A DNA stretch of 64,000 bases, taken from NCBI GenBank assembly GCA_951406725.2, contig OX597818.1:95914001-95978000 (forward strand), given 5' to 3'. Made by a program: the position numbers and the translations under genes. The DNA is from Octopus vulgaris (lineage: Eukaryota). This document shows positions 36,804 to 49,743 of this stretch, in pieces (the first letter of the stretch is position 1; every line of letters begins with the position of its first letter). Under the pieces are notes generated by a model. The model was given only the letters and a program-made list of their open reading frames with translations, did no database searches and was not told the DNA's origin.

Positions 36804-37080
36804 TGTGATAGATGTGGTGAAAAGGAGCGTAACAGAACAAGGAAAAGAATTAGAAGTGTAATTTGGTCTTACCTGTAGAGATGAAGCCGGATTCGCCTTG
36901 AGCCAACTTGCTAGCGTCTTGTCGTCTTGGCGTCGTTCTCGAGTCTGGCTGCCCTCGTCGATGCCGCACGTGCGTTCTCTCGCTGACTTCTGCTTCCGCC
37001 CGCGCATGCGCCCTGCGAGACCTGCAAGACCCACTTCCGCTCCCTCCCTCTCTGTCACACTCCCTCATCACCACACCACA
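36804..37080 (-). repeat. 5' LTR
   Basis: 277 bp, TG...CA, CpG-rich. Contains CGGAAG x2, GCGCATGCGC, CACGTG and a CAG/GTAAGA donor-like motif. Confidence 0.97.
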
Positions 37081-37348
37081 TCTCCTGACCTTGCTCCTTC
37101 AGACTACCATTTGTTTCGTAGTTTACAGAACCATTTGGAGGACATAACTTTTGCAAGCCAGGAGGAGGTGGAAACTGACATTTCACTTTGAAACCAAAAG
37201 AGTTTTACATTGATGGGATTAAAAAGCTTATAAATAGATGGAAGGAAGTCATAGATAACCAGGGAAAGTACATTGATGATTAAATTTCAATTAAATATAA
37301 CATTTGATCACTTGTTTTCTTTATTAAAATTTCAGACAGAACTTATGG

Positions 37349-37662
37349 TCACGGCACAGACCATGGGATTGCACCTAGAAAGTTACCCTCCCAGGTACAA
37401 GTCTGAGCTAGGTTGTTTATGGAAGACCAGCAGTTGCCCATGCATACCGGTCTCCTCTCCCCACGCCACCAGTGTTATTCAAGGGAAAGGCAAGGGCCGA
37501 TACAGCTTGGCACCTGTGACGTCGCAACTCATTTCTACAGCTAAGTGAACTGGAGCAACATGAAATAAAGTGTCTTTCTCAAGAACACAACACGCAGCTC
37601 GCTCCAGGATTCAAACTCACAACCTTACGATCGTAAGCTCGATGCTCTAACCACTGAGCCAT
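37349..37662 (-). mobile_element. tRNA-derived SINE truncating the mariner right TIR
   Basis: The - strand head reads atggctcagtggttagagc...gagtttgaatcc, followed by ttcttgagaaagacactttatttcatgttgctccagttcac. Confidence 0.8.
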
Positions 37663-37984
37663 GATATATGATATATAATATATATGCTTACTGGATCCCT
37701 GAGACATTGGACAATAGCAAGGCAGAGGCATTATGGTGTCAAACAGAATATCTTGTATTGCTCTTTTCTGTTCTTTGAGCTCTGAATTGAAATCACATCA
37801 AGGTCAGCTTTGCTTTTCCAACTTTTGACTTTTATAAACCAGCATTCCATTCTCTTTCTTCTTCTCCCCATCTCTCACTCTCTCTCTCTCTCTCTCCTCA
37901 CCTCTCTCTTGAAGAAATTGTCTGTTTTCAGACATGGAGAGGAACAAATTCTGCCAGACTTGAAGCATCCTATGACTATATGTG

Positions 37985-38230
37985 TGGAGGCAAGTGGCTT
38001 AATGGTTAGGGTGTTGAACTCATGATCGTACGGTTGTGATTTTGATTCCTGGACCAGGCGATGCATTGTGTTCTTGAGCAAAACTCTTCATTTCATGTTG
38101 CTCCAGTTCACTCAGCTGGCAAAAATGAGTAATCCTGCGACGGACAGGCATCCCATCCAAGTGGGGAATTTCTACACCACTGAAACCAGAAAACCAGCCC
38201 TTATGAGCCTGGCATGGCTCGAGAAGGAAC
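37985..38230 (+). mobile_element. tRNA-derived SINE (same family as 17221)
   Basis: Colinear similarity to 17221-17465. Confidence 0.8.
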
Positions 38231-38441
38231 ATTTTTTTTCATATATATATATGTAAATGTTGAACGATGAAAATGAGTGCCCAATACTGTATTGGTGGAT
38301 ATAATTTCTTTATTTGTGAATTAAGGCTACCATTGTTTTCATGTTAAGAAAAGTAGGAAAATATCCTAGTGACTTAACAATTTTTCAAGCTGATCACATG
38401 GAGAAAGGTGTTTGCCTCCATTTTAGAAAATGCAGCTTCAT

Positions 38442-38521
<80 letters not shown>

Positions 38522-38546
38522 CATACACATACATATATACATACAG

Positions 38547-38577
<31 letters not shown>

Positions 38578-39047
38578 TACATACATACATACATACATAT
38601 TTTTTTCTTACTCTAGGCACAAGGCCTGAAATTTTGGGGGAGAGGGCCAGTTGATTAGATCAACCTCAGTATGCAACTGGTACTTAATTTATTGCCCCCC
38701 AAAAGGATAAAAGGCAAAGTCGACCTCAGTAGAATTTGAACTCAGAATGTAAAGACAGACGAAATACTGCTAAGCATTTCTGCCGGTGTTTGAACATTTC
38801 TGCCAGCTCGCCACCTTTATATACATATATATCAAAGGAGGCACAAGCACTTTCGCACACATGTATATACACGACAGGAACTTCTGCCACCCAAATTCAA
38901 TCACAAATCTTCAGTCAGAGGCTATAGGAGAAGACTTGCCCAAAGTGCCACACAGTGGGACTGAACCTGATACCATGTGACTGAGATGCAAGTTTGCTAA
39001 CCACACAGCCATGCCTGCACCTACAGTCATGCCTATGCATAAATATA

Positions 39048-39430
39048 ATATAATGAAATTATTGTATAGTGTTCAGGTGCACCACAACTTGTCAAAAGTG
39101 CGTATAAAGCATATGAAGTAATGTACAAATGTCTGGAAAGCGAACAGTGTATGAGTCAGATACATGCTTGCGTGTGTATGGAGGGGAGAAAATCAGGTGT
39201 AGTGTTGGCGAATCTCAGGAAGCATGGAAGTTTTGAAGGATGCAGTGCTCTGACAGCTAGCAACTGATGCCGGCAGTCTGTTCCATGCTTCAGCAACTCT
39301 TAGTGTGAAAAACTGTTTCCGAAAGTCATGGGAGCTGTGCTGTTTTCTGACTTTATAAACATGTCCACGGGTGTTAGACAGGTGGAGTTTGAAAAGGTGC
39401 TCAGAGTTATTGTGAGTAAGATGGTGTGTA
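39048..39430 (-). mobile_element. 5'-truncated CR1/L2-type LINE 3' end
   Basis: Encodes NTRGHVYKVRK...RKQFFTLRVAEAWNRLPASV, the conserved CR1-type ORF2 C-terminus, with an (ATT)n tail. Confidence 0.85.
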
Positions 39431-39788
39431 TACATGCATACATACATTGAGTATACTTTGCCTGAATGAAAAACGGCGTGATCATGAGTGAGATGACTTC
39501 TATCACACACATTTGTTGGATAATGGATGACCTGAAAATAAGCATCAATATTAACTACTACTATAGCAATAACAAGTGAAATATACTGAAGAAAATAAAA
39601 TTTTAAAAAATCATTTAAGAAATTATTGTTGTTCATTTTTATTTATTGAAAAAAAAATTAATATGTGAAAAGAAAAAACACACCAAAGGAATGAATAAAT
39701 AACAAAGATGGGTTCCTTAGGCCCCCTTATAGCAGGCAGGTTGTATAAGGTCTACAGGATCTGTAATAGTTTGATCTGGAGCTCAGTT

Positions 39789-40142
39789 TTATGACATTTC
39801 TCCAGTGCATGGCATCAGTTCTTCTTTCTGCTGCAATACAGAGCCATGTCGAGGTGTTCCCCACGGGGACACTAGTTGCACCTGTTCTAAAGGCGATATT
39901 GTTGCTCTGCGCATGCAACTGAATGCACAACCTGAAATAGTGAGCAAGATTGCTGTGAACAAGATAAAAAAGCCAAAAATGTGTAAGCCTCCAAATTTTG
40001 GGAACCCAGTCTCATCATAGAAAGGGACAACAGTTATTGCAATACCAGGGATCAATAAGGGCAAGCCAAATATAATGAGACATGGACCCATAATAGTTCC
40101 CAGTTTCTGAAAAGTTGTTATGCCCTTCCGTCCATTTGGCAT
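39789..40142 (-). CDS. Probable host small membrane protein, 117 aa, two predicted TM helices
   Basis: ATG in AAAATG context with an in-frame upstream TAA and a pyrimidine-rich acceptor about 21 nt upstream. Hydrophobic segments are LGTIMGPCLIIFGLPLLIPGIAITVV and LHIFGFFILFTAILLTISGCAF. AATAAA lies on the - strand at ~39640 and the sequence is non-repetitive. Confidence 0.7.
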   Translation of the reverse strand: MPNGRKGITTFQKLGTIMGPCLIIFGLPLLIPGIAITVVPFYDETGFPKFGGLHIFGFFILFTAILLTISGCAFSCMRRATISPLEQVQLVSPWGTPRHGSVLQQKEELMPCTGEMS

Positions 40143-40592
40143 TTTGAAAGGGCTGGCTTAAGACTTCAACAGTTGATAAAACAGTAGGGAGAGAAAAAAG
40201 AATTATTTCCCTTAATAATAATAATAGTAAACTATTATTATTATTTTTTTTAACAAGGTCCTTTTTTATTAATACATTTAAATGTTTTGTGTTTCTTGTT
40301 TGTGTTGTTAAATTCCTTGTTTTCTGTTTTTAGAATTGCTGTTTTGGACGAGAAACCACCTTGAAGGATATTTCACAGTGGTTTTCTGCTATTGTACCAG
40401 TCCAACTGATATTTACCAACAACAGACCAGAGGGACCTGGTTAGTAGGTGCCCAGGGTTTGAGTTGAGCATTGTCTGATGTTGGGCAACTATTTCCTGTT
40501 GTTTGAATCTGATTACACTTCATGAAAAGACTGAGTTAACTTCTGTAGGATTTCTCCTCATCCTTTTTCTCTTTCTTTGAAAAACAGGTGAA

Positions 40593-40623
<31 letters not shown>

Positions 40624-40910
40624 TTTTGCCTTATTATGTTAATATAGCAAATAAGAGGTATAATGAGAAGAAGTCAATGATGATGGTAGTAATAGTAAAA
40701 GCAGTAGTAGCAGCAGCAGCAACAGAAGTAGTAGTAGTAGTAGTATTAGCAGCAGCAGCAGCAGCTGAAGTTGTAGCAGCAGTTGGTCTGGAAGCTTTGG
40801 TTTTGATGAGGTTTAATATTGCTCCAAGCTTAGTTATGTAGGGCTGCCCCAAAAGTAACCTGAAAGATAAAGAAAAAAAATCTTAAATTATAGAAATTCT
40901 GATAAAAATA

Positions 40911-42186
40911 TTGGGTTGTTCAGAAAGTTTGTGCCGATTTATAGTAGCTTACCTTTCAACTTATTTTAGAACAAGGTTGAGTCCATAAAATAGGATTTGA
41001 CTCCACCTCCATTTATAGTACAATTTAAGCTATCTTTTCGTGGAAGAAGGTTTATGTTCTTATAACCTGTATTAATTCTGTAACCCTTTAAAATGGAAGA
41101 TAACAAAGTTCATTTTTGGCACTTGATGCTTTTCTTTTCCTGTAAAGGACAAAAATGCCTCACAAGCAACCAAAGAAATATGCGCAGTTTATGTTGATGT
41201 TTCTTTATCCAAAAGAACTGTATGGAAGTGGTTCGCAACGTTCTGCGAGCTGGAGATTGTAGCCTTATTGATAAAGAGCAATCAGGCAGACCATCCACTA
41301 CAGATGATTATCAAATCAAATCATTAATTGAGAATAACCCACATTGCACAACCCGAGAATTGGCAGAAAGCCTCAACCTATCAAAATCTGTTGTTCATGA
41401 GCACCTGGTAAAGCTTGGGTACACAAATCACTACGATGTTTGGTTACTACATGAGTTGGGTGAGAAGAACCTTTTCGATCTGTGATTCACTTTATAAACA
41501 GAATGAAAACACGCCTTTTTTAAAGCAAATTGTGACAGGTGATGAGAAATGGATTATCTACCGAAATGTACAGAGAAAGCGATCCTGGAGTAAGCAACAT
41601 GAGCCACCCTTAGCCACCCCAAAAGCAGGTCTTCACCCTAAAAAAGTCTTTCTTTGTGTCTGGTTGGATTGGAAAGGAATTCTGTACTATGAGCTTCCCC
41701 CAAGTAATCAGACAATTAATTCTGAGAAATACTGCACACAACTGGGTGAGTTAAAAGCAGCAATTCAAGAGAAACGTCCAGAATTGGCCAACAGGAAGGA
41801 TGTTGTTTTCCAACATGATAATGCAAGACCGCATGTTTCTTTGGTAACCATACAAAAATTGCCACAGCTCGGCTGGGATGTGTTACCCCACCCTCCATAT
41901 TCACCAGATATTGTTCCTTCAGATTTCCACTTATTCAGGTCTCTGCAGAATAGTCTTAATGGTAAAAATTTCAATTCCTTTGATGACGTAAAAAGATACC
42001 TTGATGAATTCTTTGCCATGAAACCACCTCAATTCTATGAAGAGGGTATTTTCAAGTTAAAGGAAAGATGGAGACGCATTGTACAACAAAATGGTTCATA
42101 TTTGGTTGATTAAAAATGTAATGGCAAGTATTTATTGACCTTTTTCTTTCCTTTAAAAATCGGCATGAAATTTCCGGACAACCTAA
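40911..42186 (+). mobile_element. Full-length mariner (DD34D) element, 1276 bp
   Basis: TIRs ttgggttgttcagaaagtttgtgccgattt / aaatcggcatgaaatttccggacaacctaa, with TA at both ends. Confidence 0.95.
41093..42113 (+). pseudogene. Frameshifted mariner transposase
   Basis: Starts MEDNKVHF, with SGRPST and TTRELAESLNLS (HTH), IVTGDEKW, QHDNARPH and YSPDIVPSDFHLF, split across frames. Confidence 0.92.
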
Positions 42187-42407
42187 TATTTTATGGTAGT
42201 GGAAGTTTTGGATAAACTGTGCAGGAATTGGGGGATGGGTTGAAAAACATACACAAACAATAGGCATAGTGTGACTTATGAAGATAAACATATGCAAATT
42301 ACAAGTAGAATGCAGAAGTTTAAATATGTATTTCAGTTAACAGAGATGTGGGTAAAATGTGGGTTATATAAAATGTACATATATATAGAGAGGTGTAGTG
42401 TGGGCAA

Positions 42408-42605
42408 TACTAGCGTAGCAAGAGTGTGTGCTGCTTGGGACATACCTTCCTTTTGGTGCCCTGGACCCTACCATAAACACATATTGCTTACAGCAACAGC
42501 CTACAACAGGATGAAAAGTGCTACCCTTTTAAAAGTCCTGCCCCTTTAAAAGTGCCATCCGGGCCAGACCGTGCCCCCCCCCCCCCCACACCAGCTATGC
42601 TAGTG
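42408..42605. mobile_element. hAT-like MITE
   Basis: TIRs tactagcgtagc / gctatgctagtg with a perfect 8-bp TSD GTGGGCAA (42400-42407, 42606-42613). Confidence 0.8.
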
Positions 42606-43629
42606 GTGGGCAATGCCACACAAATGGCAGTTGCTCTAGGAGTAAAGTTTTTGGAAGCCCAAAATTTCTGATGGGAAAAAATAAAGTAGTTATAAATAAA
42701 ATACAAAAAAACAAAACAAAACAATAACATGTCCTCCTCCTCCTCCTACTACTACTACTGCTACTGCCGCTGCTGCTGCTGCCGCCGCCGCCGCCGCCAC
42801 CACTACCACCACCATGGATGTGAAACCATTGGTCACTCTTCGACTGGACATATATTTTAACTTCATCTAAATACATTACTGCTCTAACCTTTAGAATGTG
42901 GTTCTTCTTCAAATATGTGATCCCAACGATGTGTGTGCGTGTGCGCATGCATGTGTGTGTGTGTGTGTGTGTGCCTGCATGTGTCTTTATGTCTGTGTTT
43001 GTCTCCCACCATGTTGTTGATATATTTACTTCCCTGTAACTTAGCAGTTTGGCAAAAGACACCAATAGAATAAATACCTAGCTTTAAAAAAAATAAACTA
43101 CTGGGGTCGAATCATTCAACTACAAATTCCTCAAGGGGATGCCCCAGCATGGCCGCAGTCTAATGACTGAAACAAGTAGAAAAGTAAAAAAGATAAAAAA
43201 ACAAGCCTACAAGGAAGTCTGTATGTGATTGCTCACTCTACTAGAAATAGCAGCCAAATCTCAATTAAATAGCAAATAGAATAGTATGGTGTTATGTAAT
43301 GTGAATTAAGAAGTATGATGAAGTGTAATGAGGCTTTGTGTTGTATTGTGTAAGGTATGGTGAGATGTACGATGTATTTGCTCAGTGCATGGGATCTTTC
43401 CAATACATTATGTTTTAAGCAATTATTGTTGTTGTTATTGATGGTATGTTGCAGTGTAATGGGGTAGAGAGAGAGGGGGGGGAAATCAGATTAGAGAAAT
43501 AGTAAAATACTGAGCACTGAAATACATGGTGGATTGTAGACCTATCCAACCCACAAAAACCAAAAAAAAAAACAAAAAAAAAAACCAGACACAAAGTGAA
43601 ACGTTATATAGTTGATGATAGCAACTATA

Positions 43630-44372
43630 CAGTGCCGGTGATGGAGGTGGTGATGATGGGGATGATGGTGGTGGTGGTGGTGGTAGTGATTAATATTATC
43701 ATTAGCATCATCAATATCATCATCAGTACGATTAACATCACCATCAGTATCAACATCAACACCATGACTATCAAGACCTCCCTCCTTTACCACCACCACC
43801 ACCACCACCACCCTTACCACCACCACCACGTCGTCGTCATCGTCATCATCATTGTCATCATCGTCATCATCATCGGCGGAGGTGGCATCATCATCATCAT
43901 CATCATCGTCATCATCATCATGTTTCTGCCTTCAGTGTAATAATTGATCTGTTATCTCTGTGAAGTCTTCCATTATCACAACATGTACAATGTTACAGAG
44001 TTTGGGTTAGTGAGTAGTCTGATGACAGCAATACTATCATACACCACCACCACCACCACTTTTACTACCATCACCCCACCCCATCACCACCACCACTGCT
44101 GCTGCCACCACCAATACCACTCTCAACACAATAATATAGATGTTTGTACATAGTGTGTGCCATTGATTACTGATAGTTCTTGTACTGCACACAATCAATT
44201 CAGTAGCACAGTACTGCAGTTAAATGGGGGTAGGATGGGGGGGAGGGAAATGATTCAATACCATGCTGATGGTTCAACTTTTATTGTTTGTTTATACATG
44301 TGTGTGTGTTTGTGTATAATATACACATACTATGCATACCCACACATCATATGTGTATACATATATGTATGC

Positions 44373-44403
<31 letters not shown>

Positions 44404-44504
44404 TTATATCTATGTTGTGTAGGTGTGTGGGTGTGCATATGTGTGAATAGATACACACACACACACACATATATACATGTCTTTTTCTCTCTCTCTCTCT
44501 CTCT

Positions 44505-44547
<43 letters not shown>

Positions 44548-44660
44548 AACAAGCACACACACACTCACAAACACACACACAGACATAGATATATATACAC
44601 ACATACATACTCATGCGTACACAAACACACACACACTCACATGTGCATATACATACACAG
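43630..44660. repeat. Mixed microsatellite field ((GGT)n, (CAT)n, (CAC)n, (TG)n, (TA)n, (CA)n)
   Basis: Visible simple repeats that explain many short ORFs. Confidence 0.85.
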
Positions 44661-45269
44661 AGAGTCAGCAGAGCATAGAACAAAATGCCATTTAGAATTT
44701 GTTTCAGAATTCTAAAAGGCATTTTGTCCTATGCTCAAATCCCACCAAGATCAACTTTACCTATCATCAGCCCACACCAGGTGATTGGCAGAACTGGTAG
44801 AGCATCAGATGGAATGTATCATGTTATTTGTTCTGGTTCGATGCATTCTGAATTCTTAGGTCACAGACTTAATTCTGTAACCCAGTTTAAGAATGCCACC
44901 TGGCACCTTGGGAAGCTTTACTGGAAATCACTCTGTTGCAAGCATTAGATCAAGTCTCTGGTTTGAGGATAGCTTCCTCTTTTCATCCCACTAGTCTTGA
45001 AAGCTCTGGAAAAATAATGGGTGATGGGTACTGTGCTTACCTCTCTGGCTAAGTGATAAAAAATGAAAACACAATGTTGTGATCATTGCTGTTGTTGTCA
45101 TCGTCATCATCATCGAGTACAGTGAACAAGACGAGACAAGTCAGACATCTTGGTCATCCACTACATCAACCCCCATCGCTAATTATCTTGACCTGGTCTT
45201 GCTACTGCATTGATGATGGTCATGGATGGGAGAGTGCCGTTGATGGTGTGCAACGCTTCCTCATTTTAA

Positions 45270-45480
45270 ACTTTAGTATTCAGATTTCTCTGTCAAATGT
45301 AATATTTATTTACGTTGATTTGAATTATGTGTTATCTTGTAGCTTTGAGATTTCAATGATGTGATTGTTTATCTTTAAAATAATATTGTAGGGTAAGTGT
45401 GAGAGGCCAGATTAGGCCGGTTTGAAGATAAAACAAGTAGATTATTTTGGCTGGATATAGCTGATTTAAATGCTAAAGTG
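45270..45480. mobile_element. piggyBac-like MITE
   Basis: TTAA flanks and TIR-like ends actttagtatt / aatgctaaagtg. Confidence 0.55.
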
Positions 45481-45649
45481 TTAAACAAAGTCATCACACA
45501 AGTCATCAGTCATCCTTAAGGATGACTAAATCGTCTTCATCACTCTGATGGATGTACTCTTTAATCACAATAGCTAATCCATCTGTTGAGTCCACTTGAA
45601 CAAGTTGTTTTGTCTCTCCCATGTAGTCTTCTCAGTCAACAACCTTTAA

Positions 45650-45858
45650 CCCTTTCATTACTGTATTTCTGTTGAGATGCTCTGTATTTCTTTCAATTAC
45701 TTTAGATATAACAAAGAATTTAGGTTATCGTTCAGCTAGTGTTAGGAACATAAATTGTGACTAAGGTTTGGTGGAAGATTTTAATTCAAAACTTATGAAA
45801 ACAAGACATTTGTACTATAGAGCCAGAGCTGGTTTCAGCCGGGTTGGTAACGAAGCGG
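45650..45858. mobile_element. piggyBac-like MITE
   Basis: TTAA at 45646-49 and 45859-62; ends ccctttcattac / gtaacgaagcgg. Confidence 0.65.
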
Positions 45859-46369
45859 TTAATAGTAATATTTCCATGCCTTTTCCTTCTTGGTATTAAT
45901 ATGGACAAGTGTGCTGGTATCATTTCATGCACACATTTCCCTAGAGGGATCTTGATGCATACTGACCTTGCAATCTGCAACATATGATACCTCTGATCCT
46001 CATTACAGAACATTGGTAAATCTGTAATTTCTTATTTGTAATTTCTCTCCTTGCTATGTATGTGAACCTGACACCTACATTTATTCTAATGACCTGATAT
46101 TTTCACTTGCTTCTGTCTTTCTTTCAATTTTTCGTGGTCGTTTCATAGCTACCATGGCTCTCTCCCTCCCTCTTTCTTTCTCTCTCCCTCTCTCTGTGTT
46201 GAACTGTTCCACCATGTGTTATACACATGACACATACACAGGCACACACTCATAGCCACTAGTATATACACACATACAAACAGACATACATACATATACA
46301 CACATACATACACACACACATACACGCATGGATGCACACACACACACACACATGCACGCACCCACATAA

Positions 46370-46415
46370 ATAGACAGATAAATAGACAGACAGACAGACA
46401 GTCAGACAGACAGAC

Positions 46416-46462
<47 letters not shown>

Positions 46463-46487
46463 TAGATAGATTGACAGACAGACAGAC

Positions 46488-46565
<78 letters not shown>

Positions 46566-46575
46566 ATAGATAGAT
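46370..46575 (+). repeat. (GATA)n/(GACA)n microsatellite
   Basis: Visible tetranucleotide array. Confidence 0.95.
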
Positions 46576-48557
46576 TTAGAACAAAGAAGGAAAACTGTGT
46601 AATGTTGATAGTCAGTTGCTCAGCAGATGTTACCATAGAGCTTAAGATCAACAATACAGAAAATGCCTATGCTGAACTGTTTATAAATTCACAGGTACTT
46701 CACCTGGACTTCGACTTTAAATTTATACCAATAATTATTAGGGCACTCGGATATGTAGCCTCAGTGCCAATCTTGAAAAATTAGGGTTCTTGAAATCAAA
46801 AAAGAGAAAGCTCATTAGAAGGCTACAGAAACAGGCCATGATTGGAACTGTCGAAATATGTAAAACTTTCCAAAAGTTTAACATGTAAGATATAAGTACA
46901 TATACACATGTCTAGACATACAACTATATATATGAGTACACATACATAAATATCTGCACATATACCAACACCTAATACTTGCATATATGCATGCAAACAT
47001 GTACAACTGCCCTGTTCATGTTGTTGAAATTCCAATGAAGGAACCTTGGATCTAGGTTAGAAACTAGCTCTAGAAATAAAATTACCTGTTACCAACATTC
47101 ACCTATTTTCAAGCAAGATAGTATTTTTTTGCCACTCAAGAGATGTTTTCACAAAGGATTACAAACAAGTGTCACCGCTTGTATGATGATGTAGTCTGTC
47201 TATAATTTGTGTGTAATATCATGATAAAAACATACTCCCCCACTACCAGACACATACACGTGTGTGTGTGTGTGTGTGATAGTGGGGTGGGGTGTGCAGC
47301 AAACTGGCAGAATCGTTAGCATGCTGGGCGAAATGCTTAGCGCTATTTCGTCTGCCGCTATGTTCTGAGTTCAAATTCCGTCGAGGTTGACTTTCCCTTT
47401 CATCCTTTCGGGGTCGATAAATTAAGTACCAGTTAAGCACTTGTTTGTCCCCTCTATGTTTAGCCCCTTGTGGGCAATAAAGAAATAACACGTGTGTGCG
47501 CATACACATGCATGCAATGGGCTTCTTTTTAATCCATCTTCTATGCTGGCAGAGATTTGATGATTCAACAGGCTCTGATGAGTAAGAAGACTGCACAGTG
47601 CTCCAGTATCTGCTTTGACATGGTTTCTGTGGCTGGATGCTCTCCTTAATGCCAATTACTCACAGAGTGAAGTGGGTGCTTTTTTGCTGAACCAGCACTA
47701 GTGTTGTTGCCATGTAACTTGCAAGATTAAAAAGCCCCTCAACTGACTGAGGCTAAATAGAGAGGGGAAGTGGCTGTATGCTAGGTGTTGAGAGGCTGGA
47801 GTATGTTAGAGGAACTAGTTTCTTGCTGTGGGGGAGATACATGGCTATCCTGTATTAAATAAAGGTAGGTGGGAGTAGTTGAGGTGAAGATGGAAAGAGA
47901 GATATAGATGGTAGTGATGAGGTATCAGAGCATACTCCCAAAGTACAAAAAAAGTTTGGAGACAAAGATCAGAAAGCTTGAGTAGATAAAGGTTGCAAGA
48001 GTAAGGAAGAGGGTGAAAGATGGTTAGAGATGAGAATAGGAGTGGTCAATGATATATATGAGTTGGAGGGAGGATGATAAGAATGAGGGATAAATGTCAA
48101 TAGAAGTGGCTTAGGGAAGTGGAAGTGATGACTGGTAGTACAGAAAGAGTGAAGAACAGCAGAATGGTAACACAGCAGACAGTGGAAGAATGAGAGATAA
48201 CAGGCAGGTGTTCATAGGTAAATAACTAGTAGCACAGAAAGGGAGTAAATATCACTTTTACTCTTAAGTAAATTACAGCAGCAGAATATATACATATTAT
48301 CATTGTCACCATCACTATCATTTAACATCCATGTTCAATGCCGGCATGGGTTGGACAGTTTGACAGGATCCAATGGGTCAAAGGATTGCATCATATTTCC
48401 ATATCTGCTTTGATATGGTTTCTACAGTTGAATGCTCTTCCTAATGCAGCATGTACAGAGTGCTTTTGTGTGCCACCAACAATACACATGTATGTATATG
48501 TGTGTGAGTGTATGTTAATAGATAGATAAATAGATAAATGTAGTTGAGATGGATGTA

Positions 48558-49120
48558 CAGGATGGTCCAAAAGTCTTGTTACCTCCTACCAGAAAGTAAT
48601 GAGAACAATAGAACAAGTAATGCAGTATTCCAAAGCAAAAACTGGATTTTGTTTATTCACTTTCATAGATGCTGTCATGCATTGAGAAGGTCTGCATGAA
48701 CACCATCATGATGTGGCACCATGTCCTGTGTGATATTTTTCAAAGCTGTGCTTTAGTGATTGTTGCAAAGGCTCTCCGAATGGTGTCCTTCAACTGATGG
48801 GTATTCTGGTATTGTTCATGTGAAACTCTCTCCTTGGGAATACCCCAATGTGTCATCGCAATACGTGAGGTCTGGCCTTCTGGAAGGCCAACTGACAGGT
48901 GCTGGAAATGTGAATCTTGCCTTATCCATCTATCCAGAAAAACTTCATGTAGGTATTCCCTGACAGTGATAGCATAGCAGGGTGGGGCACCATCTTATTG
49001 GAACCAACAATCATTCAGGTCAACATTAAACCTCTGGAGCTGTGGAACAAACCACTCCCTTAACATGGCAAAGTAAGGTTGCTGGTTAACAGTGCCCTTG
49101 AAGAAATAGGGTCCTATCAG
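48558..49120 (-). mobile_element. Decayed Tc1/mariner-superfamily transposon, 3' portion
   Basis: End is TA-caggatggtccaaaagtc. The - strand remnants WFQ*DGAPP and WPSRRPDLTYCD resemble QQDGAPPH and WPPRSPDLTPCD. Confidence 0.7.
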
Positions 49121-49677
49121 GTGCTTACTGTAATTTTCTATATCTTTGAATCTGAGTCAACCCATATCTTGTGAATGAAGATGGGTACATGGAAACTGTA
49201 TGGAAGCCTATCTGAAATCTGTAATTGTTATGGGTAGACGTATCTGTGGAATACTCAACCATTCTCATGTTAATTCAGGAGTAAATAATTCAGTTGATTG
49301 AATAACTGAATCTGTATTGTTGAACAATGGAGAACCACCACCATTGACCACACACACATCCATACAAACACATATAACAGACATACACGTACATATATAC
49401 AAACATACACACACGTATGTATGGTCATGGTAGTTGACCATGATTCAATGATGAGGATTCAGTTGTTTAATCAACTGAACAACCGACTTCTGTGTAAATG
49501 TGTAATATATATATATATATATATATAGTTGAAATTTACAGAAATATAATATATATATATAGGCCACCCTACCTAACCAGTAGGGTGGCATCATTTGAAA
49601 GCTACAACAATGAGAAAAAGCAGATTGTAACCAGCAGCGTATAATAACATCCGAGTCTAGTTCATACAGTGATATAG

Positions 49678-49710
<33 letters not shown>

Positions 49711-49743
49711 GGAGTAAACACATAAATGTGAAACAAGGTGGAA

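Larger units (their letters stand above)
32821..37080 (-). mobile_element. Young full-length LTR retrotransposon (PR-RT-RH-IN order, no env), 4260 bp
   Basis: Two 277-bp TG...CA LTRs, a 5-bp TSD TCTCC (32816-32820, 37081-37085), gag and pol ORFs, and markedly higher GC/CpG content than the flanks. Confidence 0.98.
32322..37348 (+). mobile_element. Internally deleted mariner (DD34D) split by the LTR retrotransposon
   Basis: Left TIR tcaggtcatcctgtaagttctgtccg follows a TA. Transposase remnants run MEVSKEHLRHIMLYE (ATG 32504), LSIWWDCKGVIHFELLP and HPPYS, then continue after 37080 as PDLAPSDYHLFRSLQNHL. The right TIR gacagaacttatgg is truncated by a SINE. Confidence 0.9.
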
